From assembly GCA_963842945.1 (NCBI GenBank), contig CAWJIM010000021.1, positions 192,001-256,000 on the forward strand: 64,000 bases of DNA, written 5' to 3'. A program made the position numbers and the translations under genes. The stretch is from an uncultured Gemmatimonadales bacterium. GTDB lineage: Bacteria; Gemmatimonadota; Gemmatimonadetes; Gemmatimonadales; GWC2-71-9. Under the pieces are notes generated by a model. The model ran no database searches. It saw only the letters and a program-made list of their open reading frames with translations, and had not been told where the DNA came from. Positions 33,773 through 44,149 of the stretch are shown here, one piece after another (position 1 is the first letter of the stretch; the number at the start of each line of letters is the position of its first letter).

Positions 33773-36007
33773 TCAAGGTCTGCGGCGGCTCAGCACCGCC
33801 TCGAGTCTTGCGGTGAGAGCCCGGGCCCGGAAGGGTTTGGTGACGAAGTCGTCGGCCCCCAGTTCGAATACCCGCACCTCATTGTCTTCGTCGCCCTTGG
33901 CGGTCAGGACCATGATCGGTATTTCGCGCGTGGCTGGACGGGAACGGAGCTGCGCCAGTACTCCGTACCCGTCCAGTCCCGGCAGATTGAGATCGAGAAT
34001 GATCACATCCGGGGCGAAACGGTCGACCTCATCCAGCGCCTGAATGCCATCTCTTGCCTCGGCCACGCGATAGCCGTCGCGCTGCAGCAGGTCCTTCATG
34101 ACCCGGCGGAGCTGTTCTTCATCTTCCACCAGGAGCACACAGGCGCCCTGCCCCCGTCCGCCCGCCACAATGCCATCGACATCGCCCGGCTCGTCGAGCA
34201 GCTCCAGTTCCATCGAGAAGTCGGAGATGGGAGTCGCCGCCGCAGGGGAGGGTGGGGCCGCTGTGGGAGTGGCCGTTCGGCCCGAGCGACCCCGGGGACC
34301 CGCGGGAGGCGGCTCCGCCGCCTCCTCCTCGCGCGGGACGTCGGTGACCCGCAGCAGCTCTTCCAGTGTGGACTCGCCGGCGAGCACATGGCGCAGGCCA
34401 CTGCCCCAGAGCGAGCGCATTCCAGCTTTGCGGGCTGCTTCGGCGATCTTCTCCGCGCTGGCGCCGTCGGCAATCCGGCGCTCCAGATCGGGATTCATGG
34501 TGAGGACTTCCACGATGCTGAATCGGCCGCGGTAGCCGGTCATCGAGCAATCACTGCAGCCCACCGCCTGATACAGCGTGATCCCGGGAGGAACGAATCG
34601 CTGCAGCCGCTCGCTCACCGGCTCGGTCGCTTGCACCAGGCATTTCTTGCAGAGCCGGCGCATCAATCGCTGGGCGACGATGCCCCGCAGCGCCGGCGCG
34701 ATCTTATAGGACTCCATTCCCATGTCGACCAGACGCGTCACCGTGTTGGGTGCATCGTTCGTGTGCAGGGTGGAGAGCACCAGGTGGCCGGTGAGCGAAG
34801 CTTGCAGCGCAATCTGCGCGGTTTCCTTGTCTCGAATCTCACCCACCAGGACCACGTCCGGGTCCTGCCTCAGAATGGATCGGAGGGCAGCCGCGAAGGT
34901 GAGTCCGGCCTTTTCGTTCACCTGCACCTGGACGATGTTCTCGCCCAACCGGTATTCCACCGGGTCTTCCACGGTCACGATGTTCACGCCGGTACCCTGA
35001 ACCGCCCGCAGTGCGGAGTACAGCGTGGTGGTCTTGCCCGAGCCGGTCGGCCCGGTCACCAGGATGATGCCCTCCTTGTTCGACAGGAGCGCCCGGATCC
35101 CTTTCTGTTCATCCTCGCTCAGTCCTAACGAGTCCAGCGCCAGGGTGGTCGCTTTCTGATTCAGCACCCGGATGACCACCTTCTCGCCGTGTGAGGCGGG
35201 AAGGGTCGAGATCCGGAGATCGATCGCCTCGCCATTCACCGAGACCCGGGCTCTCCCATCCTGAGGCCGGAGCCGGTCGGCGATGTCGAGCTTCGACATG
35301 ATCTTGATGCGCGAGATCAGGGGGACGCCGGCGCTCCGAGGGATCTTCATCACCTGGCGGAGGACCCCATCGATCCGGTAGCGAACGACCACGCCGCCCT
35401 CTACCGGCTCGACATGGATGTCGCTGGCTCGATTGGTCACGCCATCGGCAATCATGGTATCGACCAGCCGCAGAATCGGCCGCTGGCTGGCCTGTGCCTC
35501 GCTCGCGGCGGTCTCCTCATCGTCCTTGATCTGCTCCACCTCGAAGTCGCCGGAGATGCCTTCGAGCAGCCGCGCTACCGCTGTCTCGGTTTCGCGATAG
35601 ATCTCGTCCAGCTTCGCTCTGATCTTCGAAGGTGATCCCAGCAGCATGCGGACCTCTCGCCCGGTGGCAAAGGCCAGCATTTTTTCCGCATCGATGTCGA
35701 ATGGATTCGAGGTCGCTACTTCAAGGAAGGAGTCGGTCTGCCGCACGGGTACCACGTTGAATCGCCGGGCCAGCTGCTCGGGAACTGTGGTGGTAAGCTT
35801 GGGGTCTGCCTTGGAAAGCTCGGCCACCGGCAATCGAAAGCGGGCCGCGACAGCACTCAGGATCTGCTCGTCGGTGGCCAGCTTGCGGTCTACCAGAATG
35901 TCCCACAGCGGCGCATCGGGTCCCTGCTCCTGCCGCAAGGCCTTTACGGCCTCATCGGACAGGAGAGTCTCGATGGAGGGTACCAACCATTCGTCGGTGA
36001 ACTGCAT
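33773..36007 (-). CDS. GspE/PilB-family secretion ATPase with C-terminal receiver domain
   Basis: ASDIHVEP, GPTGSGKTTT, TVEDPVE, LRQDPD, STLHTN and tetracysteine motifs; C-terminal VLLVEDE...ILDLNLP...TKPF. Confidence 0.92.
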   Translation of the reverse strand: MQFTDEWLVPSIETLLSDEAVKALRQEQGPDAPLWDILVDRKLATDEQILSAVAARFRLPVAELSKADPKLTTTVPEQLARRFNVVPVRQTDSFLEVATSNPFDIDAEKMLAFATGREVRMLLGSPSKIRAKLDEIYRETETAVARLLEGISGDFEVEQIKDDEETAASEAQASQRPILRLVDTMIADGVTNRASDIHVEPVEGGVVVRYRIDGVLRQVMKIPRSAGVPLISRIKIMSKLDIADRLRPQDGRARVSVNGEAIDLRISTLPASHGEKVVIRVLNQKATTLALDSLGLSEDEQKGIRALLSNKEGIILVTGPTGSGKTTTLYSALRAVQGTGVNIVTVEDPVEYRLGENIVQVQVNEKAGLTFAAALRSILRQDPDVVLVGEIRDKETAQIALQASLTGHLVLSTLHTNDAPNTVTRLVDMGMESYKIAPALRGIVAQRLMRRLCKKCLVQATEPVSERLQRFVPPGITLYQAVGCSDCSMTGYRGRFSIVEVLTMNPDLERRIADGASAEKIAEAARKAGMRSLWGSGLRHVLAGESTLEELLRVTDVPREEEAAEPPPAGPRGRSGRTATPTAAPPSPAAATPISDFSMELELLDEPGDVDGIVAGGRGQGACVLLVEDEEQLRRVMKDLLQRDGYRVAEARDGIQALDEVDRFAPDVIILDLNLPGLDGYGVLAQLRSRPATREIPIMVLTAKGDEDNEVRVFELGADDFVTKPFRARALTARLEAVLSRRRP

Positions 36008-36072
36008 GATTGCTCTACAACGGCGGGTGGAAGGAAGCCTGGGGCCGGAGCCAACGCCGCAAAATAAGGGCG

Positions 36073-38138
36073 CTATAGCAGGCCCCACCAGTCCCGGTTT
36101 ACGTCAATGGTGACGCCTACCCGCCCGTCCCGCAGGCCGACCCCCGCCTCCAGCCGAATGATCCGCATGAGCCATTCGACCGCGATGCCGGCAACCGGAC
36201 GGATGCCGTCGGTCTCGGCCCAGGGCAGCGACTGGTAGGGCCGCCCCGCATAGCCCGCCGCGACGAACGGCGCCACGACCATATGCTGGCCAGTCGAGGC
36301 GTAAGAGCCAAGCGAGAGAGCCGGCGTGGGAACTTCGAACCTCCATTCCAACCGGCCCAGGGCCATTTCCCGGCCGCCATATGCACGGAACGGCTCCCCG
36401 ACGAGCGTACCCCGGCCGCCGAGCACAAAGCTGCGGTGCGTCGGGAGCCCATCGGTTCCGGCCGCCAGGTATAGGGTCTGATTGGAGCTCGCTATTCCCG
36501 AATCGGGCGGTCCAAACCCCGCGCACCGCCCCCCGGACGTAATTGATCGGGCCCGTTTCCCAGCTCCAGCGATACCCGCCCCTGGAGATCGCGACGGAGC
36601 GCGATCCCGCCGCTGGCTTGCTCCAGCTCCAGGCGGGCTATTCCATAACTATCGCTGCCCAATGCTGGATTCGGACGGTAGACCCCGTTGGCCGGGGAGG
36701 CCTGAACGGTCACCGACTGGCTCTCCTCGGCCCCGATACTGCCGCGAAGCGAAGTTCGTCCTCCCAGGCGGCGGACGAGGGTGAGATCGGCGCCAGTGAG
36801 CATCACGTAGTCTCCATAGTCCTGGCCGGCTTCCTGGGACGTAAATGAGTTCAGCAGTGGAGCTATCACGGGAAGGTCGCTGAAATCGCTGATCCGTCTC
36901 GAGGCAGACACCTCCAGCCGAGTGCTGCCCAGGGTCCAGCCCGCGGAGAGTGAGCCGAGCCACCGGTGATCGGACGTGCCATAGCCGATAGCGGGACGCA
37001 GCTGAAGCCGTCCTCCACTCAGCCCGAAAGTCCCACCAATCCCCAAGGCGAGACCCTGAACCCGATTGACATGTGCGATATCGCTCAACGATCCGGTGGC
37101 GAGCCGCTGGGAGGGCAGTCCAGCTAGAGTCCGGGCGCCGGCAATGCGCTCCACCTCGGCTCGCAAGGACTCCATATCCTGCCGGTTTACCGGCTGGGCA
37201 ACACCGGCTATTGCCTGGTCCAGCGGCTCGGTCCACAGAGAGTCACCCCCCGGGTGCACCAGGCCCCCGATGGCCGGCGCCGTAACTAGCTCGGCGGGCC
37301 AGGGCACATTCATGTCGTATCCGTCTATCTCCCAGCGACCCCGGATGATTCCCCGGGCTGGAAAATCCAGCCAGGTGGCCCGGCGGCGAATCTCCACCTC
37401 CTGGCGGTAGGGAAGCCAGAAGCGTCCCTCGTACAGCGCGTTCTCCAGCACCACGCTGATGTCTTCCAGCTGTCGGTCGAGATAGGAGGGCGGTGTGAAG
37501 CTGAAGCGAAATCGGACCAGCTCTGCCGTTGCGACATCGAGATACAGGGTGCCGACTACCAGCGGCCGGCTGAAAGAGCGGGGGCGTACCGCTATCTGGT
37601 GGACGGTCACCTCGCCCTGGGCGGTGCGGATCGCGATGGAATCGGTCAGGGCAAAGTCATACGCGGTGAGGCCGGCTGGGGAAACCGGATGGATGACGTC
37701 ACGCACCTCATCTCCTTCCCCGATCCGAATCACGTTCCCGAAGTTGTTGGTGACGATGCCGAGATGGTCGCGATGGTAGCTGATATCGGTCGGCAGAAAG
37801 GCGCCGTCGCGCCACCCGAGGATCACCTGCTTGCTGTGGTTGGGCGCCTGCCAATACACTTCCACCTCGAGCTGGTCGGCTTTGACCAGTCGTGGGGGCT
37901 GGGCCAGCCCTTCTCCAACCTGGGCCAGAAAGAACAGAAACCCGTGAGCCCGCGCCCGATAGCTGGTGAGCGAACTGTCGGCCTGCACCGCTACTCGGCG
38001 ATCGACCGCGCGGCGCACCAGGGCCAGGGTCTCGGGAGTGTTCCAGGATTGTGCCGGCAGCGGTGAGCGGTAAGAGATAAGAAGGAAAACGCCGAGCAGT
38101 ACTCGAGCTCCCCAATGTGCTCTCACGCTCCTGGACAT
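36073..38138 (-). CDS. Hypothetical outer-membrane protein, frameshift(s) near 36545
   Basis: Signal peptide and amphipathic beta-strand C-terminal half across ORFs 36492..38450 and 36073..36426. Confidence 0.65.
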
Positions 38139-38177
38139 GGCCTTCTTACCACTCAAATCCTGCCTCTCACGCTGCCG

Positions 38178-38775
38178 ATGCGCGCAATATCCCGGGACCT
38201 GAGGGCCCCGGCAACCGGGCTGCTGGTACTCGCGGCTGCTGCCTGCGGCAGCAAGAGGCCGGAGTGCTGTTGCACCTCCTACGGAGCCTACGGCCGCCAG
38301 AGTCGTCCCGCTGAACCGTGCCATCGTGCTGGAGACCTCAGGGCCCTCCCCATCGGATACTTCGGTGAGCTTCCCCGCAGGTACCCCACGAACAATCGTG
38401 CTTCGGCACGGACCTCCCGAAAACATCGTGTTCGCGCGGCTGTCGTTCACGGCCGGGGCGTTTCCGGACAGTGGTCAGGAGGTCACCGTCGAGGTGAAGC
38501 CGAGGCCGGGGATCTACGGAGTGGACATTCTCATGAGCAAGCCCATTCGGGGCGGCGCCCGGCTCACCTTCGAGTACGCACGGTACTTCTCCTCGCCGGA
38601 GCGGGCCCGGCAAGTGTATCGCTCCGACGGAGCATTCGAGGGAGCGCTCGCGGTTGGACACGTCCTCTCCAGCGGCGATCAGATCGAGCTGCTGCCCACC
38701 GCTCGGCTCGATCTGGACCACCTCACCGCGCCGATTGCTACCGCAGGACGGTACCTGGTGGCTGCTCCCCAATGA
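38178..38775 (+). CDS. Hypothetical lipoprotein, frameshift near 38270
   Basis: LLVLAAAAC lipobox, continuing into ORF 38326..38775; stop overlaps the trpE ATG. Confidence 0.6.
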
Positions 38776-40284
38776 GGACCAGCTACGAGGCGTTCGCCGA
38801 ACGAGCTCGCCAGGGCGGGATGGTTCCGGTCACCCACGAAGTCCTGCTGGATGGCGACACTCCGGTTACCGCTTTCGCCAAGCTTCACCAGGGGCCCTAC
38901 GGGTTTCTGCTCGAATCCCTGGAGGGAGGCGAACGCTGGGCCCGATACACCTTCCTGGCCACCGATCCGACCGAAGTGTTTCGCTATCAGGAGCCGGGAG
39001 TGCTCCCGATGGACGGCGAGCACCGGATGGAGGCTGGAGGATGCAGATGTGGCCCCGCTGGACCACCTGGGCCAGACCATGCGCCGGCACCCGCCAGTGG
39101 AGGTGCCTGGCTTGCCCCGTTTCACTGGTGGGGCGGTAGGGTACATCGGGTACGACATCGTGCGTAGCATCGAGTCGCTGCCGGCGGCGCCGCCAGACGA
39201 TCGCGATCTGCCTGACGCCATCCTGATGGTGGTGGACACCCTGCTGGTGCTGGACAACCTGTTCAATCGCGCGACCGTCGTGGCGACGGTAGACGTTCCT
39301 GGGGGCGCCTCTCCATCGGAGCTCCGGCGGCTCTACACCGGCGCGATCTCCCGAATCGACTGCTGGCTGGATCGGCTCACGGCCACCGGTCTCAACCCGG
39401 TTCTCCCGCTGGAGACCCCTCCGCTGCCGTCCACATCCGGGCCATATACCCAACAGCAGTTTCAGAACGACGTCCGCCGGATCAAGGAATACATCGCCGC
39501 GGGCGATACATTTCAGACCGTGTTATCCCGCCGGCTGGATCTGCCGGCCCCGGACCCGTTTCTGACCTATCGTTACCTTCGCGCGCTCAATCCGGCTCCC
39601 TACCTCTACTATCTCCACTGCGACGATGTCTATCTGATCGGAAGCTCGCCGGAGATCCTGGTGCGGGTGGAGGATGGGGAAGTCACCCTCCGGCCCATCG
39701 CCGGGACGCGACCGCGAGGGTCCACACCCGAGCAGGATGCCGCGCTCGCCGACGAGCTGCTGGCAGACCCCAAGGAACGGGCAGAGCATCTGATGCTGGT
39801 GGACCTGGGACGGAACGATGTGGGTCGGGTGGCGGAGTTCGGAACGGTCCGCCTGACGGCGTTCATGGCCATCGAGCGCTACTCCCACGTGATGCATCTG
39901 GTCAGTGAGGTTCGCGGGCGCCTCCGTCCCGAGCTGGATGCCATTGCCGCCCTGGCGGCCTGCTTTCCCGCCGGCACGGTTTCCGGGGCACCCAAGGTCC
40001 GGGCGATGGAGATCATTGACGAGCTGGAGCCGGTCCGGCGTGGACCCTACGCCGGAGCCGTGGGCTATGTGAGCTGGGGGGCCAGAACCCTGGATACCGC
40101 CATCGCCATACGAACCTGCGTCATGAAGGGCGGAACCGCCTGGATTCAGGCCGGTGCCGGGATTGTCGCCGATTCAGACCCCACCGCCAGAGTGGCAGGA
40201 GACCGAGGCCAAAGCTCGGGCCGTGCTGCTCGCGCTCGCCCTGGCGCACGGGCAGCAGGGCAGCGGGGAGGCGGGGCGAAGTAA
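38772..40284 (+). CDS. trpE: Anthranilate synthase component I (frameshifts near 38990 and 40190; 3' end approximate)
   Basis: FLLESLEGGERWARYTF, LRALNPAPY, GSSPE, EHLMLVDLGRND, PAGTVSGAPK and QAGAGIVADS motifs. Confidence 0.88.
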
Positions 40285-40326
40285 CAGTCTGCGCTGCCCC
40301 CCGCTCCCCCTGCCCCACCGCCCCGC
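40250..40326. repeat. Inverted octamer tandem arrays
   Basis: GGGCAGCA GGGCAGCG GGGAGGCG GGGCGAAG, then complementary CGCTGCCC/CCCC-rich units after a short spacer. Confidence 0.7.
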
Positions 40327-40338
40327 ATAATACCGAAC

Positions 40339-42021
40339 ATGCCCTACCGTCTCGTCAGCTTCTCTGGGGACCAAAGCTTCGAGCTTCCGCCCGGTCGTAC
40401 CCTGGTGGTAGGGCGCGGCGTGACCAGCGACATCGCCATCTACGATCCGACCATCTCCCGGAGCCACGCCGAGCTGATCGTGGGGACGGATGGGGTGCAG
40501 GTAAGGGATCTGGGCAGCTCCAATGGGACCTGTATCAACGGCAACCGGATCACCTCAGGACGGCTCAGTCCCAACGACTCCATCACCTTCGGTAAGGTGC
40601 TCTTTCAGCTCAAGGAGCAGAGGGCCCCGGGGCAGACACCCAATCCCGTGCCCATTCAGCCATCGATCCAGGCCGGTGATAACATCGTCCGCCAGCTCAT
40701 GGTGGGCAGCGGTGGACCGACCGGAATCACCAGCCGGAATCGCAGCTCGGGCTTCGGGCAGCTCAAGGTAGCGGCCAACACCGCCGAGGAACGCCAGGCG
40801 AAGAAGCTTTCACTGTTACTGGATATCTCGCAGAAACTCTCGGGTGAGTTCGACCAGGACCGGCTGCTGGGCAACGTAGTGGATATGATGTTCGAGGTCA
40901 TGGATGTTGACCGGGTTTCCATCCTCCTCCGAAACGAGAGCACCGGTGAGCTGGTCCCCTCGATCTCCCGGAGCCGCCTGGGCGATGCCGCCTTTCAGCA
41001 GGTGCCGCGGTCGATCGTAGACAAGGCCATTCAGGAGCGGGTGGCGGTGGTGTCGGACAACACCCGGACTGACAGCCGTTTCAAAGGACATTCGATCGTC
41101 GCGCAGAGTGTGCGGAGCGCGATGTGCTCGCCTCTCATGGCGTCCGGTGACCGGATCCTGGGTTTGCTGTACGTCGACAGCGTAACCGCGGCAAATTCCT
41201 TCAGCGATGAAGATCTTCAGTTCCTGGTAGCCTTCAGCGGGCTGGTAGCGATCGGCATTCGCAACAGCCGTTACGCCGAGCAGATTCGCCGCGAGGCGCT
41301 GGTCCGCTCCAACTTCGAGCGGTACTTCGCGCCCAACATTGCGGCCGAGATCGCGCAGCAGGACGCGGTCGTTCCATTGGGTGGAGAGCGCCGGCCCATC
41401 GCCATCCTCTTCAGCGACATCCGCGGCTTCACCGCGATGGCGGAGTCCATGGGCCCGGACGCCATCGCCAGGCTGCTGACCGAGTACTTCAGTGAAATGG
41501 TGGAGATCATCTTCGAGCACGGGGGCACGCTGGACAAATTTGTGGGCGACGCGATCATGGCCCTCTGGGGCACCCCGATCGCCCACGCGGATGATCCCGA
41601 CCGGGCGCTGCGCGCCGCTGTTGCCATGCAGCACGGCGTCGCCCGGCTGAACCAGCGCTGGGCGTCGGAAGGGCGGCCCGAGATCGGTGTCGGGATCGGG
41701 ATCAACTACGGAGAGGTCTTCGCCGGTAACATCGGAAGTCACCGCCGGCTGGAATACACCGTGATCGGCGACGCGGTAAACGTCGCCAACCGCCTGTGCT
41801 CGGAGGCTGCTGCGGGCGAAATCCTGGTCAGCGAGGCACTGTGTCAGGTGGTGAAGGACCAGGCGGATTACGAGTATCTACCCGCCATGGCCCTCCGCGG
41901 GCGAACCCGGTCGGTGCAGGTGTATCGGGTAAAGGGAGTTACCAGTCACGAGACACGAGTCCCGAGCCGCGTCTCGGATCCCACGCTTCAATTGCCCAAT
42001 CGTAGGTCTGGTCCGAGCTAA
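40339..42021 (+). CDS. FHA-GAF-adenylate/guanylate cyclase (class III)
   Basis: GR...ISRSHA...DLGSSNGT (FHA); FSDIRGFT, DKFVGDAIM and YTVIGDAVNVANRL motifs. Confidence 0.93.
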   Translation: MPYRLVSFSGDQSFELPPGRTLVVGRGVTSDIAIYDPTISRSHAELIVGTDGVQVRDLGSSNGTCINGNRITSGRLSPNDSITFGKVLFQLKEQRAPGQTPNPVPIQPSIQAGDNIVRQLMVGSGGPTGITSRNRSSGFGQLKVAANTAEERQAKKLSLLLDISQKLSGEFDQDRLLGNVVDMMFEVMDVDRVSILLRNESTGELVPSISRSRLGDAAFQQVPRSIVDKAIQERVAVVSDNTRTDSRFKGHSIVAQSVRSAMCSPLMASGDRILGLLYVDSVTAANSFSDEDLQFLVAFSGLVAIGIRNSRYAEQIRREALVRSNFERYFAPNIAAEIAQQDAVVPLGGERRPIAILFSDIRGFTAMAESMGPDAIARLLTEYFSEMVEIIFEHGGTLDKFVGDAIMALWGTPIAHADDPDRALRAAVAMQHGVARLNQRWASEGRPEIGVGIGINYGEVFAGNIGSHRRLEYTVIGDAVNVANRLCSEAAAGEILVSEALCQVVKDQADYEYLPAMALRGRTRSVQVYRVKGVTSHETRVPSRVSDPTLQLPNRRSGPS

Positions 42022-42065
42022 TCCCCGCCTCGTGACTCGCGACTCGTGACTCGTGACTCCCGACT
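41944..42065. repeat. Inverted heptamer tandem arrays between convergent genes
   Basis: AGTCACG-like x4 (41944-41971, inside the cyclase 3' end) and CGTGACT-like x5 (42031-42065). Confidence 0.8.
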
Positions 42066-42636
42066 ACCTCCCAAACCTGTACTCTCGACCCGCCTCCCGC
42101 ATCAGGTTCAACACCAGCCGTACCGGCAGGCCCATCACACTGAAGAAGTCTCCCTCGATCCGCTCCACCAGCGCCGCCCCGTAGCCCTGAATCCCGTACG
42201 CTCCGGCTTTGTCCATCGGCTCGCCGGTAGCCACATAGGCCCCGAGAAACTCGTCGTCCACCCGCCGGAAGGTCACGTTGGTGACATCGGTGGCCTGGTG
42301 CACTGTTTCATCGGCGACCAGCGCGACCGAAGTAACCACCTGATGGGTCCGGCCCTGCAGCTGCTGCAACATGCGCAGAGCTTCCGCCCTATCGGAGGGC
42401 TTCTCCAGCACGGCGTCCCGGACCACCACCGTGGTATCGGCGCCGAGCACCAGGTCACCCGGTACGCTCAGCGCCTTCTCTCGCGCCAACCGCTCCACAT
42501 AATCCACCGGAGTCTCGAACTCCCGGCGCACTTCCGGAATGTTCGGGGGAACCACCCGAACCGGGATGCCCAGCATTTCCAACAGCTGCCTGCGGCGGGG
42601 AGAAGAGGAGGCCAGCGTCAACTCGGCAACTGTCAT
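42064..42636 (-). CDS. maf: Maf family nucleoside triphosphate pyrophosphatase
   Basis: LASSSPRRRQLL, GADT, LEKP and DKAGAYGIQG motifs. Confidence 0.95.
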   Translation of the reverse strand: MTVAELTLASSSPRRRQLLEMLGIPVRVVPPNIPEVRREFETPVDYVERLAREKALSVPGDLVLGADTTVVVRDAVLEKPSDRAEALRMLQQLQGRTHQVVTSVALVADETVHQATDVTNVTFRRVDDEFLGAYVATGEPMDKAGAYGIQGYGAALVERIEGDFFSVMGLPVRLVLNLMREAGREYRFGR

Positions 42637-43076
42637 GGATTGCGGTCCAGAATGAGGGTGACCGGGCCGTCGTTGTGGATCTCTACCTGCATGTCCGCAC
42701 CGAACTCTCCAGCGGCGACCTGCAGTCCTCTTCCCCGGAGCAGATCGAGGAAGCGCTCATAGAGCGGCACCGCAACTTCGGGACGGGCAGCCGCTATGAA
42801 CGAAGGCCGCCGGCCCTTCACCGAGTCGCCGTACAGAGTGAACTGGGATACCACCAGCACAGCTCCGCCCACTTCCTCAAGCCCAAGATTCATCTTGTCC
42901 TCGCTATCACTGAATAATCGGAGGCTGGAGATCTTCTCGGCCATCCAATCTACTTGCGCCGGGGTGTCGCCATGGGTGAACCCTACCAGCACACAAAATC
43001 CCCGTCCGATCGAGCCAGCCACCCGATCATGAATCCGGACCGTCGCCTGGGAAACGCGTTGAAGGACTACTCGCAT
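42633..43076 (-). CDS. dtd: D-aminoacyl-tRNA deacylase
   Basis: MRVVLQRV, VSQFTL, GRRPSF and NDGPVT motifs. Confidence 0.97.
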   Translation of the reverse strand: MRVVLQRVSQATVRIHDRVAGSIGRGFCVLVGFTHGDTPAQVDWMAEKISSLRLFSDSEDKMNLGLEEVGGAVLVVSQFTLYGDSVKGRRPSFIAAARPEVAVPLYERFLDLLRGRGLQVAAGEFGADMQVEIHNDGPVTLILDRNP

Positions 43077-43163
43077 AGCCGGGGATCATACCCGGATGCG
43101 GTGGCGAGTCTAGAGTCGCCGGCAGAGTCGCTGCTTCGCGCTGCAAGCGGTTAGACTCCGGTA

Positions 43164-43982
43164 ATGACCTCCACCGAAATCGCTCCCGCTCCCCGGCGGC
43201 CCGAGCCACTCACCTGGCCTGACGATAGACTGACGGTCGGGTGGCTGGGACATGCCACCGTGCTCCTGAACTTTCACGGCTCCTGGCTGCTCACCGATCC
43301 CGCGCTGGAGCGGCGAATCGGCATTGGGCGTGGACTGGCGAAACTGGGCCCCCGGCGCCTGGTGCAGCCCGCGCTCCGGCCTCGGGAGCTGCCCCGGCTG
43401 GACGCAGTCCTGCTGTCCCATGCCCACATGGATCACACCGATATCGGGACGCTCCGGCACCTGCCGCGCGATGTCCCGGTCGTGGTGCAGCAGGGCAATG
43501 GAGACCTGGTTCGGCGGTTCCGGACCGTGCAGGAACTTGCGTGGGGAGAGTCAACCGAGCTGGGGAGAGTGCGGATCGAATCCACCCAGGCGCGCCATTG
43601 GGGCGCCCGCATGATCACCGACAAGCATCGCGGCTATGGAGGGTACCTGATTCAGAAGGATGGTCTGACCGTCCTCTTTGCCGGGGACACCGCGTACACC
43701 GACGTGCTCACCCCGCTGGGGCGCCGAACCAGGATTGACCTGGCCATCCTGCCCATCGGCGCTTACGACCCCTGGATCCACAATCACGCCTCGCCCGAGC
43801 AGGCCTGGACCATGTTCCGCCGGCTGGGCGCCACCCACGTTCTGCCGGTTCATCACTCGACCTTTCGTTTGAGCCGGGAGCCGTTGTCGGAGCCAATCGA
43901 GCGATTTCTGGCCGCGGCCGGACCCGAGCGCTGGCGGGTGGTGGGAACCGAGGTGGGAGCCACCTGGAGCATGGACGATTGA
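43164..43982 (+). CDS. MBL-fold metallo-hydrolase (RomA/NAPE-PLD-like)
   Basis: WLGHAT, LTDP, SHAHMDH, FAGDT and LPIGAYDP motifs. Confidence 0.9.
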   Translation: MTSTEIAPAPRRPEPLTWPDDRLTVGWLGHATVLLNFHGSWLLTDPALERRIGIGRGLAKLGPRRLVQPALRPRELPRLDAVLLSHAHMDHTDIGTLRHLPRDVPVVVQQGNGDLVRRFRTVQELAWGESTELGRVRIESTQARHWGARMITDKHRGYGGYLIQKDGLTVLFAGDTAYTDVLTPLGRRTRIDLAILPIGAYDPWIHNHASPEQAWTMFRRLGATHVLPVHHSTFRLSREPLSEPIERFLAAAGPERWRVVGTEVGATWSMDD

Positions 43983-44089
43983 GCGGACTCGGCCGATCTG
44001 TTGCTCGGATGCCGCGGGCCAATACCACAAACGGCAGGAGGCGCTCCACAGAATAGTCCGCTCCCACTTCCGTCAGATGGCTCCTCCGC

Positions 44090-44105
44090 TGGCCTTCCTC
44101 TTGCA
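44090..44105 (+). promoter_or_regulatory. Putative sigma54 promoter
   Basis: TGGCCTT-CCTC-TTGCA, 45 bp upstream of ATG 44150. Confidence 0.5.
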
Positions 44106-44149
44106 CCCTCTGTTTCTGCCCTATCAGTCCTCCCCCCCAGAGGCCCTGC

